This document shows positions 18,168-28,012 of a stretch of 64,000 bases of DNA, one piece after another. The notes beneath the pieces are model-generated. The model made no database searches, was not told the DNA's origin, and worked only from the letters and a program-made list of their open reading frames with translations. The stretch covers positions 201,199 through 265,198 of the forward strand of contig JAKLFP010000003.1 in NCBI GenBank assembly GCA_022711115.1, given 5' to 3'. The first letter of the stretch is position 1. Each line of letters starts with the position of its first letter. Both the position numbers and the translations under genes were made by a program. The DNA is from Candidatus Omnitrophota bacterium. GTDB taxonomy: Bacteria > Omnitrophota > Omnitrophia > Omnitrophales > Aquincolibacteriaceae.

Positions 18168-18599
18168 TTACTTCGTCAGGAAATCACCCACCGGAAGCAA
18201 GATCGTTTCTGGTTCGATGGAGGACCTGTAGTTTGTTTTCCCGGGGAAAGGCGACGTAAAAACATCATAGACCCCTGAGCCTAATCTGCGAAACATATAG
18301 ATGGTCCCCCAAAAAATATCTGTGAAAAAACCCGTCATAACATCCGGGGTCTTTTCCATCGAGGGAGGGATCTGATAAAAGTATTCGCCGGGGCTTGTGA
18401 CAATATTCGTAAGACCGCGAGAAAGTTTTCCGATAGCCTTACCGGTATCACAAGGATATCCTTTCTTGCTGATGTAGGAAGTATCTACCGTATTGTTCGT
18501 TTCTTCGGCATAAGCAGAAAAACTTGATACCATCACAATCAAAAGCATAAGAACTATGATCTTCCTGCGCATTTTTTTCTCCTTTTCCTTATTAAACAA
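18168..18599 (-). CDS. secreted protein, resembles exosortase-system-associated TIGR04073 family
   Basis: A signal peptide is present. The paired motifs KLSRGLTNIVTSPGE and RRLGSGVYDVFTSPFP recall that family. The call is made from memory. Confidence 0.35.
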   Translation of the reverse strand: MFNKEKEKKMRRKIIVLMLLIVMVSSFSAYAEETNNTVDTSYISKKGYPCDTGKAIGKLSRGLTNIVTSPGEYFYQIPPSMEKTPDVMTGFFTDIFWGTIYMFRRLGSGVYDVFTSPFPGKTNYRSSIEPETILLPVGDFLTK

Positions 18600-18655
18600 T
18601 TTTACCCTCTACATACATCGGCTATTCTTGATGTTCTTTTACTATTTTCGGCAGC

Positions 18656-19207
18656 CTAGGAAGAGTACCCTTCTTCCTCGAAATTTTCTGTCTGAAACAC
18701 CTCGAGAGTGGCTTTATCAAGTTCTGCTGCAGTCATCTGTGCTTTCTCCAACGCACAGCTTGTAAAAAAAGTCCGCTGGTCCCAGCCCGTCTCAACCGCC
18801 ACTTCAGGAAGATAAACGCCTTTTTTCCGGCCGCAATTAACAATGATCCCATCCAGACCTATCCGGATATCCTTGTAAGAGGCCACGGGTTTCGGTACAG
18901 TCAAAATAGAAATGTGAATCTTGATAAGCCTGAGCTCATTCAGGTTTACAGGGGGAAATCGCGGATCATCAAAAGCCGCGGCAAGCGTCATTTCCCGAAT
19001 ACTTTGCCGGAGTGGTTCATAACCGAGGATCTGGCCGATGCAGCCGCGAAGCATTTTTTCTTTCTTGAGTGTCACAAAAATTCCACGCTTTGCTTCCAGC
19101 AGATCGGCGCTTAGGCACAGTTCTGGTTCGGGATTCCTTTGCAAACTCACCTCTAAAATCTTTCGCGAATAACCCAAGATTGTTTTTTTATCGCTCTCAC
19201 TGAACAC
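18656..19207 (-). CDS. amrA: AmmeMemoRadiSam system protein A (AMMECR1 domain)
   Basis: The AMMECR1 signature RGCIG is present, and the architecture is typical. Confidence 0.85.
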   Translation of the reverse strand: MFSESDKKTILGYSRKILEVSLQRNPEPELCLSADLLEAKRGIFVTLKKEKMLRGCIGQILGYEPLRQSIREMTLAAAFDDPRFPPVNLNELRLIKIHISILTVPKPVASYKDIRIGLDGIIVNCGRKKGVYLPEVAVETGWDQRTFFTSCALEKAQMTAAELDKATLEVFQTENFEEEGYSS

Positions 19208-19254
19208 GTTTTTCAGGGCCTCCTTTTTATAATCCAGTCCGCAAGCTAAAAACT

Positions 19255-20079
19255 TTATTGAAACGCCATGGCCGCATAACCGACTACCGATCCACGTTCT
19301 CCCGTCACATCTCCTGAATTCGCATACCGAATCAATGAAGGGCTTTTCCAGTTCATTTTTTTCGCAAGCGAGAGCAGGGTCAGGACAGGTCCCATGCCGC
19401 AGGCTTCCGCTTCTTCTTTTTGGTAGGCCTCATAAATGGCTTCGACATTTCCGCTTTCGAAGAGTGAAATTACTTTTTGGTCCTTCGCCACGGCAATTTG
19501 ATAAGGATAAAAATGAGAAAGGTCCGTCGTCGCCACAACCAGCACATTCTTTTCTTTGATTCCTTCGGCCAAACCCTCCGCCAGCGCTTTAGCCGTGACC
19601 CTATCTTGCATCCCGATATAGACCGGTACGATTTTCAATCCCGGAAGCACTATCTGGAGAAAAGGGATCTGGACCTCCAAAGAATGTTCTTCAAGACGTC
19701 CCGCGAACGCATGGGCCAGCAAGGGATGAAAACCTTGTATTTTGTGAGCCAGCTCCCGGTCTACCGGCACGGATCCAAGAGGCGTTTCGTAGGCATCGAC
19801 ATCATCCACCCAAACACCGCGAAGAAAGAGGTGATGCAAAAAAGCTATGATCACAACGCTATCGAATGTCCGCCCTTCGATCATCTTGTACGCCTCGGCG
19901 GCAATTTGACCGGAATAATCGTACCCTGCATGCGGAACGATCAAGGCGTGAACATCCGGATTCGATTTCGTGGAAGCTCTGGAAAGAAAGTTTTTGATTT
20001 GGTGTTCCAGGACATGAGGCTCGTCCGGATAGAATTGCCCGCTTACAAACGGCTTACGAACCTTCCCTTGTTCCTTCAT
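19255..20079 (-). CDS. amrB: AmmeMemoRadiSam system protein B (MEMO1 family)
   Basis: Memo-like motifs are present (VSGQFYP, ALIVPHAGYDYSG). Confidence 0.85.
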   Translation of the reverse strand: MKEQGKVRKPFVSGQFYPDEPHVLEHQIKNFLSRASTKSNPDVHALIVPHAGYDYSGQIAAEAYKMIEGRTFDSVVIIAFLHHLFLRGVWVDDVDAYETPLGSVPVDRELAHKIQGFHPLLAHAFAGRLEEHSLEVQIPFLQIVLPGLKIVPVYIGMQDRVTAKALAEGLAEGIKEKNVLVVATTDLSHFYPYQIAVAKDQKVISLFESGNVEAIYEAYQKEEAEACGMGPVLTLLSLAKKMNWKSPSLIRYANSGDVTGERGSVVGYAAMAFQ

Positions 20080-20149
20080 AGGCAGCCATTCTCCGGGCGA
20101 TTTTTTATTCCGGCGCGGCGGTAATCTTTCTGAAAAAAATACAACTGCT

Positions 20150-21661
20150 CTATTTAAAAACAGTGTTGTCAGGGCCCTGCGAAGATGCTTGCTTGATGAT
20201 CTGGAGAAAAACTTTTACTATCTGCGGATCAAAATGCGTTCCGGACCCTGCCTCTATGATTTTGATCGCTTCCTCTTGGCTGAGCGCCTTACGGTATGGC
20301 CGGCCTGTTGTCAGGGCATCATAAGTATCGACAATCGATAGAATCCTGGCGCTCAAGGAGATTTCATTCCCTTTGACTCCGTCAGGATAACCGGAGCCAT
20401 CGTAGTATTCATGATGATGACGGATAATCTCACGGAGATTCTTGAAAGAGCTGAGTGGGGCAATAATTTTCTCACCTTTCTCGGCATGACTTTGCATCAC
20501 TTTCAATTCTTCCGGAGTCAGCTGGTTCGGTTTTAAAAGCACATCGTCCTCAATCGCGACTTTTCCCACATCATGAAGAAAGGCAGCATCCCGCAAGGTT
20601 TGAATGTCTTTGATATCCATATTCAAAGTCTCAGCAATGCGGACTGCATATTTCGAGACACGTTCCAAATGTCCTCGCGTATACGAATCCCGCTCCTCTA
20701 CAGCGACCGCCAGCGCTCCGATCGTTTCGACATAACTCCGTTCGGCGCTTTCCATAAGTCTGGAATTTTCCGCCGCAACAGCAACCTGGCTCGCGACATT
20801 TTCTAATAACGCTGTATCCTCCGATGTAAAAACCTGTTCATTTTTCTTATTCAGCACCATCGCGCAACCTCGATGCTGACTTTGAAAACGGAGAGGGATG
20901 CAGAGCAGGGATCTGTAGGACAGTTCCGACGGATCTTGAGAAGTTCCGTTGTCTTCTTTCGTGTGATTGATGATCAGGGGTCTTTTTTCCTGGCTCATCC
21001 AGTTCAGCGTTGAGTTTTTCTGAGCCGCCATGGATAATATTTTTTCGCGTTCTTTCCCCCAAGCCACCACTTTCCGGAAGTGTTTTTCCTCGCCTTTTTC
21101 ATCAACCATGATCAAAACGCCGCTCTCGGCATCCATGGCTTTGGTCATGCTTTCCACGATCAAGTCCAAAAAACTTTCTTCTTTCTGTTCGGAAGTGATC
21201 ACATTCCCGATCTTTTTAAGAAGGTCTTGAATCACAGCCTTGGATTGTTCCAGTTTGGAAACCTGCTGCTCCAGATCCTGGTTTACATTATTAAAGACCT
21301 TGACCAGACTGCGAATTTCCTCGGATTGATCCTTCATATCCATCTGAAGTGCCTGAACCTTGCCTTCCGCAAGCTGGTTTGCCGTTCTGGCCATCGTCTT
21401 AATCACGGAAGCAATCCTCCGGATGATCCAATAACCCACCAGCGACGAAGCAAGTGCAAGAACACCGAGCCATTGCAAGTCGACGCGATACCCTTGACGC
21501 GACATGGGATTCAAGTGGAATAAAATCATATAGGTCATGAGCCCGATCGGGACAAGGGCCATCAGGAAAAAAGCTATCCCAGCCTGATGGGCAATCGTGG
21601 CATTTTCGATGGATTGCAGCTTTATTAACTTTTTGGTATGTTCTTCGGCTTTTTGCGTCAT
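20150..21661 (-). CDS. HD-GYP domain c-di-GMP phosphodiesterase with N-terminal TM/HAMP and GAF-like region
   Basis: HD and GYP signatures are present (HDVGKVAI... HHHEYYDGSGYPDG). Two TM helices are followed by a coiled-coil HAMP-like region. Confidence 0.85.
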   Translation of the reverse strand: MTQKAEEHTKKLIKLQSIENATIAHQAGIAFFLMALVPIGLMTYMILFHLNPMSRQGYRVDLQWLGVLALASSLVGYWIIRRIASVIKTMARTANQLAEGKVQALQMDMKDQSEEIRSLVKVFNNVNQDLEQQVSKLEQSKAVIQDLLKKIGNVITSEQKEESFLDLIVESMTKAMDAESGVLIMVDEKGEEKHFRKVVAWGKEREKILSMAAQKNSTLNWMSQEKRPLIINHTKEDNGTSQDPSELSYRSLLCIPLRFQSQHRGCAMVLNKKNEQVFTSEDTALLENVASQVAVAAENSRLMESAERSYVETIGALAVAVEERDSYTRGHLERVSKYAVRIAETLNMDIKDIQTLRDAAFLHDVGKVAIEDDVLLKPNQLTPEELKVMQSHAEKGEKIIAPLSSFKNLREIIRHHHEYYDGSGYPDGVKGNEISLSARILSIVDTYDALTTGRPYRKALSQEEAIKIIEAGSGTHFDPQIVKVFLQIIKQASSQGPDNTVFK

Positions 21662-21854
21662 CAGAAATAGTGACTCCCGTCATGACAATTCAAGCCAGCA
21701 GACTTCATCCGGTCGGTGCCGGAAAAACCTTCTAAAACCAGATGAAAGCTCTTTTAACTCTTTACGCCTTGATTATTCTATCCTAAAAAGACTCCCTTCA
21801 CCTGGATTTTATAGGACTAATGGATTATAATAACATAAACATAAGGATTCAACT

Positions 21855-22919
21855 ATGGATGCAATATTATCTCAAAAACTCAAAATTGCATTTTTCGATG
21901 CAAAACCTTATGACATCGATACGTTCGACGGTATCCAAAAAGATCCCTCTTTCCAGATCACCTATTTCAACAGCCACCTGAATTTACAGACCGCCCCGTT
22001 GACCAAAGGATTTGATGTCGTGTGCATTTTCGTCAACGACACCGTCACAAAAGAAGTTGCCGAAATTCTTTACCAAAACGGGATCAAACTCATCGCCATC
22101 CGCGCGGCCGGCTACAACAATATCGATCTTCAGGCCATTTTCAAAAAAATTCATGTGGTCCGCGTTCCGGCTTATTCCCCTCACGCCGTTGCCGAGCATG
22201 CCGTCGCACTGATGCTGACTCTGAACAGGAAAATCCATAAGGCTTACTACCGGACAAGAGATAATAATTTTACGCTCGGAGGGCTTTTGGGATTCGATAT
22301 GCACAAGAAAACCGCGGGCGTCATCGGCACGGGACAGATCGGAAAAGCAGCGATCGAGATTCTGAAAGGATTCGGCATGAAAGTCCTTGCCTATGATCTT
22401 TTTCAGGACAAGGCATTCCAGGCAAAAACAGGTTTTGACTATGTGGACCTCGATACACTTTTTAAAAACTCCGATATCATTACCCTGCATTGCCCGCTCA
22501 CCAAAGAAACTCACCATCTGATTCATGACCAAACCCTTGCCAAAATGAAGCAAGGCGTCATGATCATCAACACCGGTCGCGGCATGCTCATCGATTCCAG
22601 GGCATTGATCGAAGGGTTGAAAACCGGTAAGGTCGGTTATGCGGGACTAGACGTTTATGAGGAAGAAAGCGAATATTTCTTTGAGGATTTTTCCAATTCC
22701 GTCATCACGGATGACGTACTCGCCAGGCTTTTATCGTTTAATAATGTCGTGATCACGTCCCACCAGGGATTTTTTACCAAAGAAGCCCTGCACAATATTG
22801 CTGAAACAACTTTGAACAATATCAAGGAATATTTCATGAAGCAAAATCTGCCGAATGAAATCTGCTACAAATGCAGTACCACTTCATGCCCGCGCAAAAC
22901 CACAGGGCAATGTTTCTAG
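21855..22919 (+). CDS. ldhA: D-isomer-specific 2-hydroxyacid dehydrogenase (D-lactate dehydrogenase-like) with extra Cys-rich C-terminal tail
   Basis: The NAD-binding motif GVIGTGQIGKAA and the catalytic region around LHCPLTKETHHLI are present. An unusual roughly 20-aa tail CYKCSTTSCPRKTTGQCF follows. Confidence 0.8.
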   Translation: MDAILSQKLKIAFFDAKPYDIDTFDGIQKDPSFQITYFNSHLNLQTAPLTKGFDVVCIFVNDTVTKEVAEILYQNGIKLIAIRAAGYNNIDLQAIFKKIHVVRVPAYSPHAVAEHAVALMLTLNRKIHKAYYRTRDNNFTLGGLLGFDMHKKTAGVIGTGQIGKAAIEILKGFGMKVLAYDLFQDKAFQAKTGFDYVDLDTLFKNSDIITLHCPLTKETHHLIHDQTLAKMKQGVMIINTGRGMLIDSRALIEGLKTGKVGYAGLDVYEEESEYFFEDFSNSVITDDVLARLLSFNNVVITSHQGFFTKEALHNIAETTLNNIKEYFMKQNLPNEICYKCSTTSCPRKTTGQCF

Positions 22920-23001
22920 CGGTGTGTTATTTAAACTTGATGGGCTTACAGCGCTGTCCCGCAAAAGCGATCGTAAAGCGGTATGAACTTCAGGAGATAT
23001 T

Positions 23002-23361
23002 ATGGAAAAAAATCTAAAAAAAACCGTCATGGAATCACAGAATTTTATCGGCAGGTCTTTATCACTCAACACGTTGGTGGATTATCAAAAAAATTCCGTT
23101 GTCAGCAAACAGATCCTGAATAAAAAAGCCGGGACTCTCACGCTGTTCGCCTTTGACAAAGGCGAAGGGCTAAGCGAGCACACGGCCCCCTACGACGCCT
23201 CGATCCTGATCCTGGACGGCAAAGCCCAGATCCTGATCGACGGCAAGCCTCACGAAGTCAAAAAAAACGAGCTGATCATCATGCCCGCTCATATTCCCCA
23301 TGCGGTCAAAGCCGTCGAGCGTTTTAAAATGTTGCTCATCATGATCCGATCTGTAGAATAA
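23002..23361 (+). CDS. cupin domain protein
   Basis: A cupin two-motif pattern is present (G.GLSEHTAP...IIMPAHIPHAV). Confidence 0.6.
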   Translation: MEKNLKKTVMESQNFIGRSLSLNTLVDYQKNSVVSKQILNKKAGTLTLFAFDKGEGLSEHTAPYDASILILDGKAQILIDGKPHEVKKNELIIMPAHIPHAVKAVERFKMLLIMIRSVE

Positions 23362-23431
23362 ACCCTGTCCGGCACCGGGTCTTGAATTCAAGATCTGGTG
23401 TCACATCGGTATTTAAGGCAAGGAGATTTTT

Positions 23432-24727
23432 TTGGTTCAATTTTTAAATCAGTTTTTTAAATTCAGCGAAAGAAAAACCACTCTCCTTACAGAAGTAATC
23501 GCTGGAAGCACGACCTTTCTGGCGATGGCCTACATCATTTTTGTCAATCCGAACATCCTGGCCGTCACCGGCATGGACAAAACAGCTTTGATCACCATCA
23601 CCTGTCTCGTGACCGCACTGGCGACCTTGATGACCGGCATTTTTGCAAACGCCCCGATCGCCATGGCGCCCGGCATGGGACTCAATGCCTTTTTTGCTTA
23701 TACGCTTGTGCTCTCGGGGCATATCCAATGGCCCACCGCTTTGGGGATCGTGTTCCTTTCCGGACTTTTCTTTTTCATCCTGACTTTGCTGGACCTCCGC
23801 CAAAAGATCGTGGAGGCCATTCCCCGCCCCATCATTTCAGCCGTTTCGGTGGGTATCGGTTTTTTCATCACCTTTATTGGCCTCGTGAATCTTGGCATTG
23901 TCCAAAAGAACGACGTCACCATCGTTTCCGCCGGACCGATCACCCCGACCGTGCTCATCGGTTTGGCGGGTTTTTTCGTCATGATCTTTTTGGAAACAAA
24001 AAAGGTCAAAGGCGCGATGATCCTCGGTATTTTGACCGCAACGTTGATCGCGCTCCTTACGGGAAATGCCCCATGGCCAAAGGAATTATTCTCGTTCGAT
24101 ATCAAGCTCTTGCCGATCGCCTTCAAAATGGATCTGGATGGCGCGGTCAAATGGAGTTTCATGAGCGCGATTTTCAGTTTGATGTTCATGCACTTGTTTG
24201 ACAGCATCGGTTCGCTCGTTGCCTGTTGTAATCAGGCGAAATTTGTGGACAAAAACGGGCGCATCCGCAGCCTAGACCGTCTGCTGTCGCTGGATGCCTT
24301 AGCCAGTATGTTGGGCGCATGGCTTGGAAGTTCTACAATCACGGCTTATGTCGAATCCGCGACCGGCATCGGCCAAGGCGGCCGAACGGGATTTACTTCC
24401 GTGATTACCGCGTTTTTATTCTTGCTGGGTATTTTGTTCATTCCTGTCATCATGATCGTCCCGACTTACGCGACAGCGCCCGCGCTGATCCTGGTGGGTT
24501 TTTACATGATGAGAGAAGTTAAAGATATTGATTTTGCCAATATCGAGGAAGGATTCCCGGCCTTTGTGATCATCGTGATGATCGCGCTGAGTTACAGCAT
24601 CGCCACTGGTTTGGCGTTCGGATTCCTCAGTCACGTACTCTTTAAAAGCATGCGATTAAAGTTCCGCGAGATTAATCCCGTGATGTGGGTCATTGCAGGT
24701 TTATCTTTGCTCCATTTTGTTTTTTAA
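23432..24727 (+). CDS. NCS2 family purine permease (AzgA-like adenine/guanine/hypoxanthine permease)
   Basis: The N-terminal pattern FKFSERKTTLLTEVIAGSTTFLAMAYIIFVNP is typical of the AzgA/PbuG subfamily. There are about 12-14 TM helices. Confidence 0.85.
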   Translation: MVQFLNQFFKFSERKTTLLTEVIAGSTTFLAMAYIIFVNPNILAVTGMDKTALITITCLVTALATLMTGIFANAPIAMAPGMGLNAFFAYTLVLSGHIQWPTALGIVFLSGLFFFILTLLDLRQKIVEAIPRPIISAVSVGIGFFITFIGLVNLGIVQKNDVTIVSAGPITPTVLIGLAGFFVMIFLETKKVKGAMILGILTATLIALLTGNAPWPKELFSFDIKLLPIAFKMDLDGAVKWSFMSAIFSLMFMHLFDSIGSLVACCNQAKFVDKNGRIRSLDRLLSLDALASMLGAWLGSSTITAYVESATGIGQGGRTGFTSVITAFLFLLGILFIPVIMIVPTYATAPALILVGFYMMREVKDIDFANIEEGFPAFVIIVMIALSYSIATGLAFGFLSHVLFKSMRLKFREINPVMWVIAGLSLLHFVF

Positions 24728-24815
24728 ACCCGAAAAAACTAAAATCCCTTTTCCATCACCCATTCAGAAAAATTCTTACTGTTTTTAACTTGCGCGATCG
24801 AAATCGGTTTTTCGA

Positions 24816-26129
24816 TTATTGACTCCAGAGATGTTTGCGGGTTTCGCTGACAATTACCCTATTCAGAAGAATAAGAGACATAAGATTGGGAATGGCCATG
24901 AATGCATTCGCAATATCAGCAAAAGCCCAGACCGTGGGCATGGTCACGACCGAACCCACCATCACTGCCGCAACCCAAAGCCAACGGTAGGGCAGAACAG
25001 CCGCATGACCCAAGAGATATTCGATCGCCCGTTCCCCGTAATAAGACCAGCCAAGAATCGTTGAGAAAACAAATGTAAGTAAGCCTGCACAGAGAATGAT
25101 CGGCCCAATCACCGGAATATCCGCAAAGGCGGCCTTCGTCAGTGTGGCGCCATTGAGACCGTTCATCCATTCCCCGGAATTGACCAACACCAGACCGGTC
25201 ATAGCGCATACCACGACCGTATCCCAAAAGGTGCCGGTCGAGGACACAAGCGCTTGATCTACGGGATTTTTTGTTTTTGCAACCGCGGCCACAATCGGCG
25301 CGCTACCGAGTCCTGATTCATTGGAAAAAAGCCCGCGCGCCACACCGTAGCGCATGGCATCGCGAATACCCGCGCCAATAAATCCACCGACTGCGGCTTG
25401 CCCGTGAAAAGCGCTGCTGAGAATAAGAGCCACGGTGGTAGGAAGGGTCTGCCAGTGCATGCAAAGAATGATCAAGCACCCGCCGCAATAACTGATTGCC
25501 ATGAAAGGAACAAGCATGCCGCAGACTTTTGAGATCGATTGAATACCGCCCAAGATGACAAGCGCCGTGAAAAAGGTCATGATCACGCCGCTGATCCATG
25601 GCGAAATATGAAAGGTTTCTTGTACAAGAGATGAAATCGAATTAGCCTGCACCGTATTGCCAATCCCGAACGCCGCAATCGAAGTGAAGACCGCAAAACA
25701 GATCCCCATCCATTTCGACTTAAGACCAAGGCTCATGACATACATCGGCCCGCCGGCAAAATGTCCTTTGTGCGTTTTGATCCTGTATTTGATGGAAAGC
25801 ACGGCTTCCGCGTATTTGGTCGCAATCCCGAACACGCCCGTAAGCCACATCCACAGGACGGCTCCCGGACCGCCCAGGGCAATGGCGGTGGCAACACCGA
25901 CAATATTCCCCGTGCCGATCGTCGCCGCGAGCGCCGTGGTCAGCGCTCCGAAGTGCCCCACGTCACCTCGGCCATCGGAACTTTTTCGCAAAGACAGACG
26001 GATAGCCTTCCCGATATAACCCTGAATCCATCGCAGCCGAAAGGTAAGAAAAAGGTGCGTACCGAAAAGCAGAAGAATAAGCGGCCAACCCCAAACGATA
26101 TCGCTGATACTGCCAAGAATTTTCCCCAA
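24816..26129 (-). CDS. alanine/glycine:cation symporter (AGCS family)
   Basis: The conserved segment GHFGALTTALAATIGTGNIVGVATAI is typical of sodium:alanine symporters. Confidence 0.85.
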   Translation of the reverse strand: MGKILGSISDIVWGWPLILLLFGTHLFLTFRLRWIQGYIGKAIRLSLRKSSDGRGDVGHFGALTTALAATIGTGNIVGVATAIALGGPGAVLWMWLTGVFGIATKYAEAVLSIKYRIKTHKGHFAGGPMYVMSLGLKSKWMGICFAVFTSIAAFGIGNTVQANSISSLVQETFHISPWISGVIMTFFTALVILGGIQSISKVCGMLVPFMAISYCGGCLIILCMHWQTLPTTVALILSSAFHGQAAVGGFIGAGIRDAMRYGVARGLFSNESGLGSAPIVAAVAKTKNPVDQALVSSTGTFWDTVVVCAMTGLVLVNSGEWMNGLNGATLTKAAFADIPVIGPIILCAGLLTFVFSTILGWSYYGERAIEYLLGHAAVLPYRWLWVAAVMVGSVVTMPTVWAFADIANAFMAIPNLMSLILLNRVIVSETRKHLWSQ

Positions 26130-26193
26130 AAAATCTCCTATTTCATCTCAAACACGCTCTGGCAGTGCGTTTGCTTGCACTTGTGTCTGTCTT

Positions 26194-26751
26194 TTAAAAC
26201 TGAATCTTGACGTCCTGGGTATCTTCTTTCGGGATTTCCAAGAGAGTACGACGCTGATAGCCGAGCGAATTGGCGACAAACACATCCGGCAGCTGCTGAA
26301 TCCTGATGTTGTAAACATTAACGCTTTCGTTGAAGAATTCACGCCGATCCGCAATTTCGTTTTCAAGACCGGAAATACGGCCTTGTAATTGTAAAAAATT
26401 CTGGTTCGCTTTCAGGTCCGGATAATTTTCCGAAACAGCAAAAAGCGTTTTGAGTCCGGCGGCAAGCTGGTTTTCGGCCTTGGTTTTGTCTTCGATAGAG
26501 GTCGCGTTCATAAAAGCCGTCCGTGCCTGCGTGAGCTTCTCCAAAAGACCTTGTTCATATTGCATGTAGCCTTTGCAGGTATCGATCAGCTTCGGCAATT
26601 CATCATGCCGCTGCTTCAAAAGTACGTCGATATTGGCCCACGCCTTGTCGATATTGTTCCGAACCTGAATTAATCCGTTGTAAATCCCCACAAAATAACC
26701 GACCAGACCCATCACCGCAAAAATCACCACCGCAAGAATCACGAGGCTCAT
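26194..26751 (-). CDS. LemA family protein
   Basis: An N-terminal TM helix is followed by the LemA signature (IYNGLIQVRNNIDKAWANIDVLLKQRHDELPKLI). Confidence 0.85.
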   Translation of the reverse strand: MSLVILAVVIFAVMGLVGYFVGIYNGLIQVRNNIDKAWANIDVLLKQRHDELPKLIDTCKGYMQYEQGLLEKLTQARTAFMNATSIEDKTKAENQLAAGLKTLFAVSENYPDLKANQNFLQLQGRISGLENEIADRREFFNESVNVYNIRIQQLPDVFVANSLGYQRRTLLEIPKEDTQDVKIQF

Positions 26752-26787
26752 AAGAATTCTCCTTTTTCAGAGGGACTTTTCCCTTTT

Positions 26788-27561
26788 TTAAAAAATACTC
26801 GGAAAATACTGTTTGATTAAAATAAAAAGGCACACCACCGTAAGGATGGGGCCTCCGTACAAAAAAAGATACAACTGCCAGGTCATCGAATCCAGCAATT
26901 CTTTTTCGCTCTTGTCCGAAAGACAAAAAAAAGAACCTTCTTTCTGGATGCAAATATTCTCGCTGCTTTTTTCGGAAAGTTCCACGAGAGGGTTTTTTGT
27001 CGCGGTCCCCATGACATAAAGGTTGTCGCCGGGACAAACATAATGTTCCGTACAGCGGAGCGGCTTGTCAAAACCCATAAACCCGCGCGGCGATATCCCC
27101 AACTCGATCAACCCTTGTTCAAAAGCGGCTTTATCCGGACCACGGCTTAACGACCCCATATTAAACTTCCGGTCGTCCTTCAGATAAAGTTCGGCGCCCA
27201 CGGGATTCACCAAGGTCTTGCCCGTTTCATCCTCCAAATAAAACCATTCGGGCGTGCAAAACTCCTTGAGGGTTACCCAGTGGCTGCTTTTGCCAGAACT
27301 CCGTTTTTCTTCGACCTTATAATGAAAAAAAACGCAATCTGTTTTGGAAAAGGGCGTCTTCATCGTGCCTTTAAACGGCTTGGCAGTCCCGTTGATTTCT
27401 ACAAGCCCCATCGCCATCGCACGGATGGTGGAGGTCGGAATGTTTTCGATCAGTTTTCGTTTGTTGCGGATTTTGAATCCTCGAAAAAAGCCGATCACAC
27501 CACAAACGATACCTGCGAGCAGCCAAAATAAAAGGTCATTGTCAGAATTTCTAGTACTCAT
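26788..27561 (-). CDS. membrane-anchored protein, possibly GIDE-domain (LemA-associated)
   Basis: There is an N-terminal TM helix and a C-terminal TM helix. The position next to LemA matches the common bacterial LemA/GIDE pairing. The domain call is from memory only. Confidence 0.4.
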   Translation of the reverse strand: MSTRNSDNDLLFWLLAGIVCGVIGFFRGFKIRNKRKLIENIPTSTIRAMAMGLVEINGTAKPFKGTMKTPFSKTDCVFFHYKVEEKRSSGKSSHWVTLKEFCTPEWFYLEDETGKTLVNPVGAELYLKDDRKFNMGSLSRGPDKAAFEQGLIELGISPRGFMGFDKPLRCTEHYVCPGDNLYVMGTATKNPLVELSEKSSENICIQKEGSFFCLSDKSEKELLDSMTWQLYLFLYGGPILTVVCLFILIKQYFPSIF

Positions 27562-27583
27562 GGATACTCTTTACTGTCTGGCA

Positions 27584-27961
27584 CTATGGTTTCGAATTAC
27601 CCTGCTTTTCTAAAATCCACTGCATGATGATATCGACTACTTTGGAGATCTCTTCACCTGTAAGTACCCGACCCTTGGCAATCCCGTACCATTTCAACAA
27701 ACATCCGCGGCAACAAGTAGCCGTGGCATGTTGCGCCTTGAATGCCGGATGGCCTTTGAATGGAGTTTGTTGACCATCGTTCGGAGGCTCTGCAGGAGCA
27801 AGCCGTTTCTCAATAAAATCAACCGTATGTTCCCTGATCTTTGCGATTCCGATGCGCTTTATATAATCATGGTCTTTTTGATCGAGTTTGAAACGTGAGC
27901 GGAATTTAGAAGAGGCTAATAAGCTTGCGCGATTTTCATCGTTGATCATGATGGATCCCAT
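27584..27961 (-). CDS. DUF4186 family protein
   Basis: This is the conserved small-protein pattern with the CCRGCLLKWYGI motif. Confidence 0.55.
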   Translation of the reverse strand: MGSIMINDENRASLLASSKFRSRFKLDQKDHDYIKRIGIAKIREHTVDFIEKRLAPAEPPNDGQQTPFKGHPAFKAQHATATCCRGCLLKWYGIAKGRVLTGEEISKVVDIIMQWILEKQGNSKP

Positions 27962-28012
27962 TTAAAATATTTTACCATTTCAGCCGAACAAAATTGAGCG
28001 CATAATATTCTT

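Noticed and set aside
19477-20124. 215-aa ORF on the plus strand
   Set aside because: It is antisense to the Memo-like gene and is basic and low-complexity.
24796-24817. short hairpin (atcgaaa-tcggtt-tttcgat) between convergent permease genes
   Set aside because: It has only a 7-bp stem and no T-tract, and it overlaps the AGCS symporter stop. It is too weak to call a terminator.
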